From: Paraspadella gotoi
Taxonomy: Eukaryota > Animalia > Chaetognatha
Assembly (NCBI GenBank): GCA_051294375.1
Contig: CM119266.1
Location: forward strand, 11,093,212 to 11,157,211
Direction: 5' to 3'
DNA: 64,000 nt
Both the position numbers and the translations under genes were made by a program. Every line of letters starts with the position of its first letter. Position 1 is the stretch's first letter. Below, in pieces: positions 39,765 through 52,910 of this stretch. The notes under the pieces were generated by a model. It was not told the origin of the DNA, searched no databases, and worked only from the letters and a program-made list of their open reading frames with translations.

Positions 39765-42235
39765 ACCTTTCTTTTTTTTTTTTTATATGAATTGTTATTC
39801 TTTGAAAATCAAACTGACAGTATTCGTATCGCAGATCTCAGTCGTCAGAGCCGCAAAGTTTTGTTGAGGCAGCGGAATATATAATGGGGGAAAACAGTTG
39901 GTTATCGTTGTTTTGTCGTTGTTATTACGCGGAATCTCGAAAAAAATTTTAATGACACTCGGAAAGAAATTCTTGAGATGGTGTTTTTTGTGTGGGTCCG
40001 GAAGACTTTTTTTGTCTGACCGTGATGCTGACGAATGGATAGCGCGCGTTTTAGTGGTTTGGCGGTGTGATTTTTAATCTCTGTGCGGGAGATTTTGAAA
40101 ATTCGAAAAGTTCAACATAATATTCGAAATAGAGGGAAGGAGGTTGGAAGAGATCTTTATTACGGTTTTTATTATGGGTTAATAGAAACTCTTACGATCG
40201 AGTCTCTTCCAAAATTATTTAACTTCGTCTGTTGATTAAGGAAAGGAATTATATAGGATTTAAGGAAATATTTTGGTGGGAAAAAAACAAGTGAGCAAAT
40301 CGGATTTAAAATGGATTTCGATTTGGTGGTAACGTGGTTAATATTTTGTGTTTTTTCCTAAACGAGAAATCATCTGTACCAAAAGACAAAAACTTTAAAA
40401 ACGAATTTCCGTTGCGAATAATATTTCGTTGTGTCATTTTTATTAATAAAACATCAAAAGCATTAAAACTTAATTTGTAATTTAACTGAAAAAACCAATC
40501 GATCGAGAATAAAAATTCTTCAAAAAACTTCTCGGTAGTGAAGAAATGCAGGGTAACGAAAGGAAAAAATACTAACTTTTCTTGTTCAGGTGAGGGAAAT
40601 CGGTTTGGGAAAAACAAAAACAGGAGGCACGGAAACGTAAAAAAGATGTTAGTGTTTGAGGGAAACAAAAAGGACTGGAAGGCGGGGAGGGGCGCGAGCA
40701 AGGAAATAATAACGCTTTATCCTGGAGTAATTGAGAGTTGAGCGGATGAGAGGAGAGATGTCACGAAGTAGAAAGGAGAGATGAAGAAGATGATGATGAC
40801 GAGAAGAGAAGAGAGGGTAGTAGAGAGAGAGAGGAGATCGTAGAGAGGGGATGCAGGGGAAAGAAATATAAACGGAGCATGAAGCGGGTTTCCTTCTCCA
40901 TTATCGGTTCTCCATTTTCCTGCTATTCTCTCTATACTTTGCGGGTTCTTATTTCCTTCTCCCTTCTCACTCCTCTCCTTCTCTCTCTCTCTTCCTCTCC
41001 TCTCGTCTCTCTCCCTTTCTTCTCCTTCTCTCTCTCTTCTTCTTCTCTCTTCTCGAGGCTGTCAGTCCCCGATGAAACACGGGTGGCCGTTCTTTAAGGT
41101 GGCGTACTGTGGATTTAGGTTTGGCTTGGTGGGTACAAAAACAGGTGAGAATAAGCCGTAGTCGTATGAACCGGCACACTTCTTTTTTTTTAATGAATTT
41201 GTTATCTTTGAAACGAGATCGCAGTTATCGTCAGAGCGAAGTTGTTGAGGAGCGGAATAAGGGAACAGTTGTTATCGTTGTTGTCGTTGTTGTTCGCGAA
41301 CTCGAAAATTTAATGACTCGAAATTCTGAGAGTTTTTGTGTGGGTCCGCGAGCTTTTTTTGTGAGTGTGCGATGAGCGGTTTTGTGTTTGTGTGATTTTT
41401 ATCTCTCAGTTGCGGAGATTTTGAAATTCGAAAGTCAATAATTTCGAAAGGGAAGAGTTGGAGAGATTTTATTACGGTTTTTATTATGGGTTAATAGAAA
41501 CTCACGATCGAGTTAATATTAACTTCGTCTTTGATTAGGAAAGAATATATAGGATTAGGATATTTGTGGGAAACAAGTGAGCATCGGATTAAAATGATTT
41601 CATGGGTAACGTTTAATATTTTGATGTTTCGTAACGAGAACATCTGTACAAAAGCAAAACGATTTCCGTTGCGAAATATTTCGTTGTGTATTTTTATTAT
41701 AAAACATCAAATCATTAAACTTAATTTGGATTAAAAGAAAACATCGATCGAGATAAAATAAACTTCGGAGTGAGAATGCAGGTGGAACGAAAGGAAAATA
41801 CTAACTTTCTGTTCAGTGAGGAATCGGTTTGGGAAAAACAGCATCGGAACGAAAAGATGTTAGGGTGAGGAAAAGACTGAAGGCGGAGGCGCGAGCAAGG
41901 AAATAANNNNNNNNNNNNNNNNNNNNNNNNNNNNNNNNNNNNNNNNNNNNNNNNNNNNNNNNNNNNNNNNNNNNNNNNNNNNNNNNNNNNNNNNNNNNNN
42001 NNNNNNNNNNNNNNNNNNNNNNNNNNNNNNNNNNNNNNNNNNNNNNNNNNNNNNNNNNNNNNNNNNNNNNNNNNNNNNNNNNNNNNNNNNNNNNNNNNNN
42101 NNNNNNNNNNNNNNNNNNNNNNNNNNNNNNNNNNNNNNNCTCTCTCTCTCTCTCGCTGCAGTCCGAAATGAAACGGGTGCCGTTTTTAAGTGGATGGATT
42201 AGGTGCTTGGTGACAACAGGTGAGAAAGCGTAGGA
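39765..42235. repeat. Tandem duplication: insertion-rich copy (39765-41165) followed by a cleaner gapped copy (41178-42235)
   Basis: Shared anchors: ATTACGGTTTTTATTATGGGTTAATAGAAACTC, GCGCGAGCAAGGAAATAA, AACAGGTGAGAA. The first copy is longer because of scattered single-base insertions. Confidence 0.9.
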
Positions 42236-42441
42236 GAACGAGAGAACGAGCGCGTGAAAGGAGAAAAACCGAGGGAGAGAGAGCGAGAAAGTGCGAGAGA
42301 GAGAGAGAGAGAGAGGGTGTGGAAAAATACTGGCGCTCTGGCTCTGAAACTGCCGGATGTACTCTCGTGTAATATGTTAACCGATCTTTTTACTTGTTAC
42401 TGGGCAATTTAAAGCTGTGTTTAATGGTTCACGTTATACGC

Positions 42442-42476
<35 letters not shown>

Positions 42477-42650
42477 CTTCCTCTTAATGTCGTTTCCAAG
42501 TTCCTTCAAAACGACGTTGGGAAAGAGACTCGGCAGCGGCCGCCGCCCGGCGCCGGTGCTGCAGTCGTCGTCGGCTGCATTTCCTGGAAAAGCTGTCTCG
42601 AGCTGAACCGAAGGGAGAAAAAAGAATCGGTGTTGTGAAGGACCGGGCGA

Positions 42651-42700
42651 GCGACTGAACGCGACTGAACGCGACTGAACGCGAATGAACGCGAACGCGA
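42651..42700. repeat. 10-bp tandem repeat (GCGACTGAAC)x4, decaying
   Basis: Three perfect units, then GCGAATGAAC, then GCGAAC. Confidence 0.9.
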
Positions 42701-44760
42701 AAGCGCGGGCAGCGAAGCGATTGATTGACGGGAGATTAGGGCGGCGTTGTGTAAAAGGGATGAGAGGGGGGGGAAGGCGTGACTGTCGACAGTCGAACAG
42801 GCGTCTGGACAACTCGACGGATATTTATGTCTGTCGATGAAGGGAAACGAGAAGAAGAAGCAAGTTTTTACAAAAAGCTCGAATGAGGCTAATAAGCGAA
42901 AACTGTGACGGACGTGAGGACGAGAAGCGAACAATGTGATGAATGTGTATTGGGTAAGTAAGAAAGTGGTTTTGCACATGAAGAAGAATATTCCTTTAAC
43001 GGAATAATCCTTTCGGAATAGATGCAAGAATTACGTGGAATATTTAGATTGTAGATTAATTATTAAAATACTAATATAAAAAAAATACGAAGAATGTGCA
43101 CGAGGCAAACGAACTTGAGTCCGACCAATGTAAATACATTACAAATTTCTAAAATCGAGTGATCGATCAAATTCTCACAAAAAAAAACACCAAAAATGAT
43201 GACAAAAAACCGCAATAAATTATAATCGGTTTTAACGACAGTTTTACGTTCATTTTCCCCGAGTCGTTGCGAATGACGAGGCCACGAGGGACACGAAACG
43301 ATCCTGGACATCGTAAATATCTTTTATCACAATCACATCATAACTAAATATCTGCGGAACGAGGACCGCGACGACGCGACAATGAAAACCTCGTTTATGA
43401 TATCGAATCCAAGTCCGTGAGAGCTGCGACGACCGACCGGACGGACGGACGGACGGACGGACGGAGTTTTTGGGGCATGACCGGGGAAAGAGAGGAAGGA
43501 GAACGGGTGGGAGTAAAGAGGGAGGAGAGAGGGAGGAAAGAGGGAGGGAGAAGAAAGGGAAGGACGTCCGCCTTTTCTCGATCTCAGCGGCCTTTCTTTA
43601 ATCGATGGAGACGGGGCCCGAATTCGCCGCGAACCGGCGAACGATGTCGACGACGACGAACAGGCTCACCCCCTTGTGGCTCGAAGCTCGATCGCGCATT
43701 CACCCCTACCGCCACGATCCGAAGCCGGACATTGGACGGCCCCCCTCTGCCCTGCCCCACTCCCTCCTATCTCTCTCCTATTTCCCTTCCCCCTCTTCCC
43801 GCCTCGGAGAAAAATATCATCGGGCGTTCGCGCCGCAGATAATGTTTTCGACGGCGGGGGTACGAAGGGGGGGGCGGAAGGTTGGGAAGGCGGTGGGTAC
43901 GTTAGGGTGGACGATCGATGAGGGGGCGAATCCTCCATTCCCCGGGAGCGGCGGGCGGGGCAGAGAATACGACCGTCGAACCAAAAAAATATATATATAT
44001 CGAATTCTATTTTAAAAAAAAAAATCGCTCGCCCCGAAAAATTCGTGCGAAATCAGATTTCTGTGGCCGATAAGAAGAGAGGAAAAGAAAATATATCGAA
44101 GTAAAGTTTATATAACTTGAGTTTTTTATTTATATTATTTATATATAGACTGAGATGAGAAGAGAAAAAAAAAGAGTTGAAGGTACTCACTCGATGCAAA
44201 GTGAAATGAGCCGGTTTGATCGGTTGCTTTAGAGTTCGAAGGGGAGGAAGAAATGGGGCGCTTTTTTTTTTGTATTGATTTTTGTTTTTTAATTGTTATT
44301 TCGGAGTAAAAAACGAAACGAAATATTTTGGGGGGGGGGAGCAAAAAAAATATTTGAAAACGATTCTTGAGGGAGTCAATCAAACGTGTAGAGGGATTTG
44401 AGGAAAAAAAAGAGAGAGAGAGACAGAGAGCGAGAGATAGAGAATAAAGAGAGAGAGAGAGAGAAAAAGAGAGGATTAAAAAATTCCAAAATCACAACTT
44501 TGGTGGTTTTCACTTTTTTTTTTGGTCGAAAAAAACTTTGCTTTTTTGGATTTTTTGTTTGTTTGTTTGTATGTTTGTTTGTTTTTTTTTTGGAAAAAAA
44601 TAACTTGTCGCGGGTGAAACCGGGTATTTTTTTGATGAATTACAAACACGAGGGAAGTTGGGAGAATATCCTAAGGTGAACGTCTTTGGCTGTGAATCAA
44701 AGGAAATTGAGGCGGGCATTAGTGGGGAAATCAAATAAAATTAACGGGAATGAGAGAGGG

Positions 44761-44800
<40 letters not shown>

Positions 44801-45318
44801 GGAAATAAAGGAGAAAAGCGCAGAAAATCATCGTAACACGTGTTAATCAGGATCGAAAAGAAAATACGGATACTTTTTAAATAGGGTATAAACGTGTCCC
44901 ACGGTTAATAAATCAAATTATCCGATAAGCGACCGAAATTACTTATCGGCCGCCGCCGTCGTCGCATAAAATATTTTATTTTCTTATTTTTTTTTTCCGG
45001 CGAGCGAGGACTTGGATTGGCATTGGGAGTCGAATTATGGGTCAAAGTTTGTAGACGAATAAATAAAAGTTGTGGAGATGATGGAACGTTATATTATTTA
45101 TATATTGTTAGGAATAAAATATGATTTTCATTATAATTTTGAAAGATTCTGGCAGATGAAGATGAGAAATATAAAAAGAAATTAAAATCGTAAACGCAAA
45201 TATTGTTGGCCGTTAATTTTTTTTTTTTGATGTGAGCATTTACATTTAAACGAAAAAAAATTATGTAAACGGTATACATATTTACTGTTTTAAACTGTCG
45301 AAGCGCCGACGGTTCAAA

Positions 45319-45362
<44 letters not shown>

Positions 45363-46061
45363 AACGGATGTCGTCACGTGAAAACAAAACGACCCCCAAA
45401 AAAAGAACAACAAACAAAAATCACGTCGCCAGTTTTTTTTCTCTCTCCCTTTTTTTCCCTCTGATTTAAAAAAAAAATTCTCTGGGAATAAAAAGACCGG
45501 TTAATAGCATTAGTCGAAGATAATGAATTCATTTGCAGATCGAGCAGGGAAAAAGAGAGAATTTTAACGAAGGAAAAAAAAAAGAAACATTTTCATTTTT
45601 TAGCTAAGAAAGTCAATAAAGAAAGGATTCGCTGCTTAGTTGAAGACTTGGAAATCGAATAATTGAATAAACGAATATCTGAATGGTGCCGTCGTTTTTT
45701 TGTGATCGCATGAGAGAGATAGATTTGCGAGTATCTGTGTTGTGTGTCTGAGTTCTGAGACGAGTTCGGGGGGGGGGAGTGATTCTGGCAACTAGTGGAG
45801 GTGAGAAATCGATCTTGGAAAGTTGAATTGGAAGGAAGCATTGGTTTCACTGACTGTGAATTTTGTTGAGGGATTGATTTAAAGAGACTGTGAGATTGCA
45901 GTTTGCACTTCGACGATTGAGCAAGATTTGCACGAGTAGGTGCTGAAAGGATTGAAACCAATATGGAGAGAGGTTGAGCACGAGAAGTTAACGACGACTA
46001 AGTTGGAAGTAGATATCAAGTCGTGGTAACGAGGTCAAGGTAAGAAAGGATTATGAGGCAT

Positions 46062-46250
46062 ATTTTACTTTCGCCGACCGGTTAGTGTTGGTTTCGGGTT
46101 AGTGTTGGTTAAGGGTTAGGGGTGGTTAGACGTAAGAGTGTTTAGGGTAAGGGTAATTAGGTAATAATTTTTTAAAAATTTTTTTCTAAAATAAATATAT
46201 ATAATTGGTTTTTCAAAAGACGTCAAAACCCCGGTCGGCGAAAGTAAAAT
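46062..46250. mobile_element. MITE-like element with 20-bp perfect inverted repeats and telomere-like internal repeats
   Basis: ATTTTACTTTCGCCGACCGG (46062-46081) and CCGGTCGGCGAAAGTAAAAT (46231-46250) flank GGTTAG/TTAGGG/TAAGGG variants. No clear target-site duplication. Confidence 0.65.
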
Positions 46251-46499
46251 TTTACCGATTTTTAATTTGACTAAATATATATAAATAGAACTCTGGAGAC
46301 TCAAATTGACCTCAGTCATCAAGATGACCTTAGTCACAAATACACTTTTAAGTAGTCAGAGAACAACAAAAGAGAATTACGTAAATTGCGCACATTCTCA
46401 CAATGTACTAGGAAAAATATATAACTATAAATTAAGAATCTTATAAATATATTTAAAAGCAATTTAATTTAAAAAAAAAATTCAAAATTATGAAAATGA

Positions 46500-46571
46500 T
46501 ATGTCATTATCTTGTAAGAGTGATAGAGGCCTTAAACCAACAAAGCCTGCCCAAAATGAGGGGCTACATAG
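46500..46571 (+). repeat. 72-bp dispersed repeat, copy 1
   Basis: Aligns without gaps to 60310-60381 with 9 substitutions (hand count). Confidence 0.85.
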
Positions 46572-48349
46572 CTTATTTATTATTTATTAAATTAAAGGAT
46601 AATTTTTACCTTCGTCGTACCAATATTATAATGTGTCTCGAGTCATTTTTAAGAATAATTAAAACAATTATTCCTCAGCGTTAATCGTTGAAGAATTATT
46701 TGTTTTTCTCATCTTTGTGTTAATATAATTATCATACTTTCTACGACCATAACTCGAAAATATCAAAACGCCCTTTAGAATGGGTTCACGCGCGTATACT
46801 TTCACTCGCACAGACAAACGGACGCATAAGATAAGCGGATAAACCCGACCGAAAAAAAAAAATCCGTTTTTTTTTCGCCCCGAATCGATGCAGCGGCTTC
46901 TGCCTCTGATACAGAGAATGGTCTGGTTCGTCAGCGTCTGCGACTTTCAAAGACGCGAGATAACCATTGTTTTCCGCGGTTCGAATATCGATCGTCGTTG
47001 TCGTCGTCGTCGTCGTCATCCTTTTGAGAAATTCGATGGGATTTTCCGATGAAAATCGAAAGCCTCGGAGGCGGAAGAGACGATTATCTTCGCGACGGCG
47101 ACGGTCGTTTGACGCGGCGTGACGCTGTTCGACTCGGCGTGACGTGGGTAATGTCGAAACGTCACGTGGTGACCACGGCGCGTGAGCTTGNNNNNNNNNN
47201 NNNNNNNNNNNNNNNNNNNNNNNNNNNNNNNNNNNNNNNNNNNNNNNNNNNNNNNNNNNNNNNNNNNNNNNNNNNNNNCTGGACCCTCGGTTCTTTGGCT
47301 CGGGGGTCTTTCCGGGGGGCCTTTAGAATCAGTTTTTCTGGCATATCTTTCTTCGTTGCTGCTGTATGTCCGCATATACCATACTTTGAACTTGCGACTG
47401 GGTGTGGGGAACCACCATAAGTAATCATTGGCATTCGAAGAAGGACTTATAGATGAGAGAGACGAGGGAGGTCTGAGAGGGAAGACGAGAGAGGAAAGAC
47501 CAGAGACGGAACGAGATGCAGTCAGAGATACGACGACTCGAGAGTGCGATGACGAGAGAGAGACTGAGCAGCGGATCAAGTCGAGTAGTAGAGCGAGAGA
47601 GAGAGAGAGAGGAGAGCGAGCTCGATGAAAGAGACCGGACGAGAGAGAGAGAGAGAGAGAAAAGAGTAGAGGACGCGAAGAGAAAACGAGACGAGATAGA
47701 GATTCCCTCTGTCCCATCCATTTAAATCTTTAGATTCAAGAGATCTAGGCTCCTCTCTTATTTCGCCCTTCCCTCCCTCTCTCCTCCCCTCTTGAGAGCG
47801 AGAAGAGATGCTTATACCTTTTTACTTCAATCATACAGGTATCGAGAAGTTAAGAGAGAACAACCTTAAAAAAAGCTTGAAGAGCAGAGAACAAATAAAA
47901 AACACAGGCAGAGACAGTCCTTGAGCAGTTACACTCTACAGTATAAGAACAGATGTCAGCTTAAGTAACCAAAAGACGTCGTCCGAGTCAGCTTCAAATA
48001 TCTCATTCTTCTCATACAAGATATTACCGCGGATAATCTTCTCTCTCTCTTAAAAAAAAAGAGAGACAGGGTAAGAGTGAAAGAAAAAAGAAAGAGAGAA
48101 AGAAAAAAAAGAGCGAGTCAGAATAAAAGATTTATAAAAGAAATACGGAAAATATAAGCGAAAAAAGAGAATTTTATTAAAAATCCATCTAACTAATAAA
48201 AAAAACTAATGAAGTTGATTTGAAATTGTTAATCAGTTTGATGTTCAACTAAATTCATTTATAAATAAATTGGATGGCGGAAGAAAAAAAAAAGGGAAAA
48301 GTGGAGCGGGAGCGACAGCAACTGGCAAATAGCCGTCGATGCAGCAAAT

Positions 48350-48783
48350 AAAATCTGGCAACAAGGAAAAAGAAGAAGAAAAAACACGATATAAAGAAAG
48401 AAAAAAAAGAAAAAAACCGTTGGCGCAAAAAAAAAAAAAAAATCCCGGAAGAAGGAAAAAGAAAAAAAAGGAGAAAAAAGGAGGAAAAAGGAGGAACGAA
48501 GAAAAAAAGAAGGAAAATGAAAAAAAAGAAGAAGAAAAAAAACGCGACGTGAATGATTTCGACGGAGAAAAAAGAAGGAAGTGAAAAGACGAAAACGAGC
48601 ACGGTGATGACAAGAAGAAGAAAGAGGAAAAGAAAAGAGGAGGAAGAGGAGGAAGAGAAGGAGGAGGAGGAGGATCTAGGAGGTAAACAAATAAGGAGAC
48701 TCACAAGGAGAAAGACGAGGAAGACGACAAACAGGAAAGGAAAGAAAAAATACGAGGAGGAGGAGGAGGAAGAAGAGGAGGCG
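48350..48783. repeat. Low-complexity polypurine (A/G) tract
   Basis: Runs of AAAG, GAA and GAG leading into an N-gap. Confidence 0.85.
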
Positions 48784-49945
48784 NNNNNNNNNNNNNNNNN
48801 NNNNNNNNNNNNNNNNNNNNNNNNNNNNNNNNNNNNNNNNNNNNNNNNNNNNNNNNNNNNNNNNNNNNNNNNNNNNNNNNNNNNNNNNNNNNNNNNNNNN
48901 NNNNNNNNNNNNNNNNNNNNNNNNNNNNNNNNNNNNNNNNNNNNNNNNNNNNNNNNNNNNNNNNNNNNNNNNNNNNNNNNNNNNNNNNNNNNNNNNNNNN
49001 NNNNNNNNNNNNNNNNNNNNNNNNNNNNNNNNNNNNNNNNNNNNNNNNNNNNNNNNNNNNNNNNNNNNNNNNNNNNNNNNNNNNNNNNNNNNNNNNNNNN
49101 NNNNNNNNNNNNNNNNNNNNNNNNNNNNNNNNNNNNNNNNNNNNNNNNNNNNNNNNNNNNNNNNNNNNNNNNNNNNNNNNNNNNNNNNNNNNNNNNNNNN
49201 NNNNNNNNNNNNNNNNNNNNNNNNNNNNNNNNNNNNNNNNNNNNNNNNNNNNNNNNNNNNNNNNNNNNNNNNNNNNNNNNNNNNNNNNNNNNNNNNNNNN
49301 NNNNNNNNNNNNNNNNNNNNNNNNNNNNNNNNNNNNNNNNNNNNNNNNNNNNNNNNNNNNNNNNNNNNNNNNNNNNNNNNNNNNNNNNNNNNNNNNNNNN
49401 NNNNNNNNNNNNNNNNNNNNNNNNNNNNNNNNNNNNNNNNNNNNNNNNNNNNNNNNNNNNNNNNNNNNNNNNNNNNNNNNNNNNNNNNNNNNNNNNNNNN
49501 NNNNNNNNNNNNNNNNNNNNNNNNNNNNNNNNNNNNNNNNNNNNNNNNNNNNNNNNNNNNNNNNNNNNNNNNNNNNNNNNNNNNNNNNNNNNNNNNNNNN
49601 NNNNNNNNNNNNNNNNNNNNNNNNNNNNNNNNNNCAAGCGTCGAGAATAATGAAGACGCGATTCCAATTATTCTCGTTTTCTTTGTCGGTATTTAAATCC
49701 ATATTTTTTTGGATAAAGTTAATCAATTTTAACGGATGATAGCAAGCACAAGTTTTTTTTGGATTAATACTGTAACCATTAATTTCACGCTAGAGACTAT
49801 CACGTTGTTGTTGTTGTTGCTGTTCTTGTTGTTTTTGTTGTTGAAACGACCCAAAAATTGTAGTTCACGCTCGAGTGACGTCACCGTCGAAAATATTAAC
49901 AGATTCAGATCCGTTTTTTTTTTCCGAGTGATTTTATTTTTGTGA

Positions 49946-49976
<31 letters not shown>

Positions 49977-51497
49977 TTGTTTATTGTAAAACAGAGGGTT
50001 TAGTCGAAAAGGCGAAGAGCTGAATATTTAAAAAACAAAAAAGAGGTGTTAACTAAATGTCCTCGAGTAATGCTTTTAAGCTCATTAACTTAAAAAAAGT
50101 TCACTTCGAGCTTTGGAACATGTGAAAACTGTACAAATTATGACTTATTAAGTTTAATGATTATCGAGAGAGATTTAAAATTATATTTTCTCATTAGATT
50201 TTTTTTTCTGTTAGATTTTTTTCAAAAGTAGCAACGATAAAGTCGAAATAGTAATATCATCATTTTTTTCCGATGCGGCTTGTAGCCCGTTTTATTATTA
50301 GAACTCCAACAAACGGCCATCCGGTTATCATGAACGATATCGCGTTCCTCCGAAAAAAAAATGTTTGTAAAATTATGAACTCACTGTGCGATCGATTTTT
50401 GGGAATAATAGATTAACTTGAAAATTTTTCGGAAAAAAAAATTTATGAATGCGTACCCTAAAAATAAAGTTTTTCCAAAAACTGCGATATGCGAATGAAA
50501 TTAAACGATCGTTCGACAAGGACTGTTGAAACGATCACCCTTCCCGTTACTCGCGATTTGTGAGAAATAACTAAAAATTATCACAAACTTTTCTTTCAGA
50601 TTTCCCATTCGCATAGAATCCTTTCATTACGTATTACCATTTTAATTATACATTCAGATTCGCCTCGAATGAAAGCAACGAGAAAAAAAAATGCCGACAT
50701 TTTTTCGCACTCTTTCTCTCTCTCTCTCCCTCGTTTTTGTTATTTTCCGGCGCGTAATCAAAAAAATCTAAAACATTCGTTTTGTCAGATGCGCGAGTCT
50801 TCACAGTTCATAATTCGAGGCAGAAACAAAAAGCGAGAATCTGAGAGAAGAAGAAGAACATTTTCTTTCTTTTTTCCCTTTTTTCTTTCTTTTTTATCTT
50901 TTGCCTTTCGCGCGTCAGTTGGTTTCAGAGATTATTTTTTTTATTATCAGGATTCAAAGTCTGAAGAAAGAGAATATATACTAATTATACTATGTATTTT
51001 ATACTATATCCTGAATATCATTTTAAAAAAATGATTGAGCAGCGATGATAATTGTGGATAGTTATAGGAGTGTCAGTTTCGTTAATGCAGATATCAATAT
51101 ATTTCATTGGAGGTCGAACTGTTTACTATATCCGAGTTTTTATCTTTCTTCGATCGCCGACGTTGTATTCGAGTCAAAGTTAAAAAACATCAGCGTTCAA
51201 AACATTTTTCGTTTTCCTGGTGTTTGTTTTTTTACTTTAAACAATCCTGTTTGTTTTTCTGTTGTTTTTTTAAATCGAAAACAAAACATTTATTTTTTCT
51301 CTTTCGATGCGAAATCGGATTTGATTTTGTTTTCTGAGAAAAAAAAATCTCTGCGGAGACACAATAGAAAAATCGGCGAGCTTCCTCGTGTGCTCTTAAT
51401 TAGAACTGAAATGAAAAGAAAATATACAGAAATAAAAATTAAAAAAATTTAAAAAAATTTTGGAAAAAAATATACAGCGTTTTATTGGTTTTTTTAT

Positions 51498-51555
<58 letters not shown>

Positions 51556-52858
51556 AGCAAGTGAAATACTGGAGAGAAAAAAGAAAGAGAGAGAGAAAGA
51601 GAGGGAGAGGGAGAGAAGTAACTTGTTGCGATGAATTTTCGATCTTCGAGCTTGAAAAATCGGCCTCTGCTTTTTCGAGGGGGAGGAGGGGGAGCGAGAG
51701 GAGGAGGAGAAGGAAGAGGAAGAGCGCCTGAGGAGGAAAGGGAAGAGGGAAGAGGAAGAAGAATATTTCTGTGAAGGGGGTTTCGTCTGCAGGATCGAAG
51801 GAAGGAAAGGCGATACGTGCTGATGATGATGACGATGATGATGATGACGATGGTAACTTGGAGAAGAAAGAGGAGGAAGAAGAGGAGGATGGACGAAGAG
51901 AAGGGGGAAAAACGGAGAGGAACGTGGTAATTAATCTTTAAAAAAAAAATAAGAATAAAAAATAAGAACTAATATGAAATTTATTTCGAATCTCGGGAGT
52001 TTTTCTCTGTGTTTATAGTAGGAATCATTCGGCCCAAAAATTAGATTAATAAGGATGTAATGATAGACATTCGCGGCTGCAGCCGAATCGAGGTCAATGC
52101 TCGAAAAAAAAAGGATGTTTAAAGGGAAAGGGAGAAATAAAAGGTAAAACTATCACTTTTCTGGGTCAGAGGTAAAATACTAAAAATAATCTGGAGGAAG
52201 TCTTTTACTAAAGACCAGACTCTGATTTTTGTGAGACAGAGAGGTTAGAGAGAGCGAGGAGAGGGGGGGAAAGTGGAGGGAGACAGAGAGGGAGAGAGGG
52301 AGAGAGGAAGAGAGAGAGATAGAGAGAATAGATTATTCCTTCATTGTTAATCGAGTTTAAAAAGAAGTCTCTAAGACGGTTTTTAAAATATGGGAGTAGA
52401 GAAAACTAGAGTTCTTAATCTGTTCGCTTCGTCTCAAGAGAGAGAGAGAAGAGAGACGAGTACGTGAGAGAGAAGAGAGAGAGAGAGAGAGAAGAGAGAG
52501 AAGAGAGAGCGGAATATAGAATACGAGAGACGATATGACGAAAGAAATTAAAAGTCGAATAAATGATGACGAAGACCACGAAGACGATAGATGGTGATGA
52601 TGATGGAGCAATGATGAATCCCGTCGTCGATCGAGTAACATAAGTAGAAACGAGGGAGAAAAAATCTGAGCAGAGAGAGAGAAAAGAATAGAGAAGAGAT
52701 AGTATGAGAGTCAGGTCGACAAGGTCTATCGATGCCGTTTCTTCACTCGATCCTGAGTTGTAAAAAATAAAATCGCGATGCAGCCGAAGGTCAGTCTTCT
52801 CGTGTCGATTATTGAGAGGAGAGAGAGTAGAGAGAGATGAGAGAGAGAGAGAGAGAAG

Positions 52859-52910
<52 letters not shown>

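Noticed and set aside
46908-46918. GATACAGAGAA resembling the U6 ACAGAGA box
   Set aside because: The flanks do not match U6 snRNA.
48339-48783. Lys/Glu-rich ORFs
   Set aside because: Low-complexity polypurine DNA is open in several frames by composition alone.
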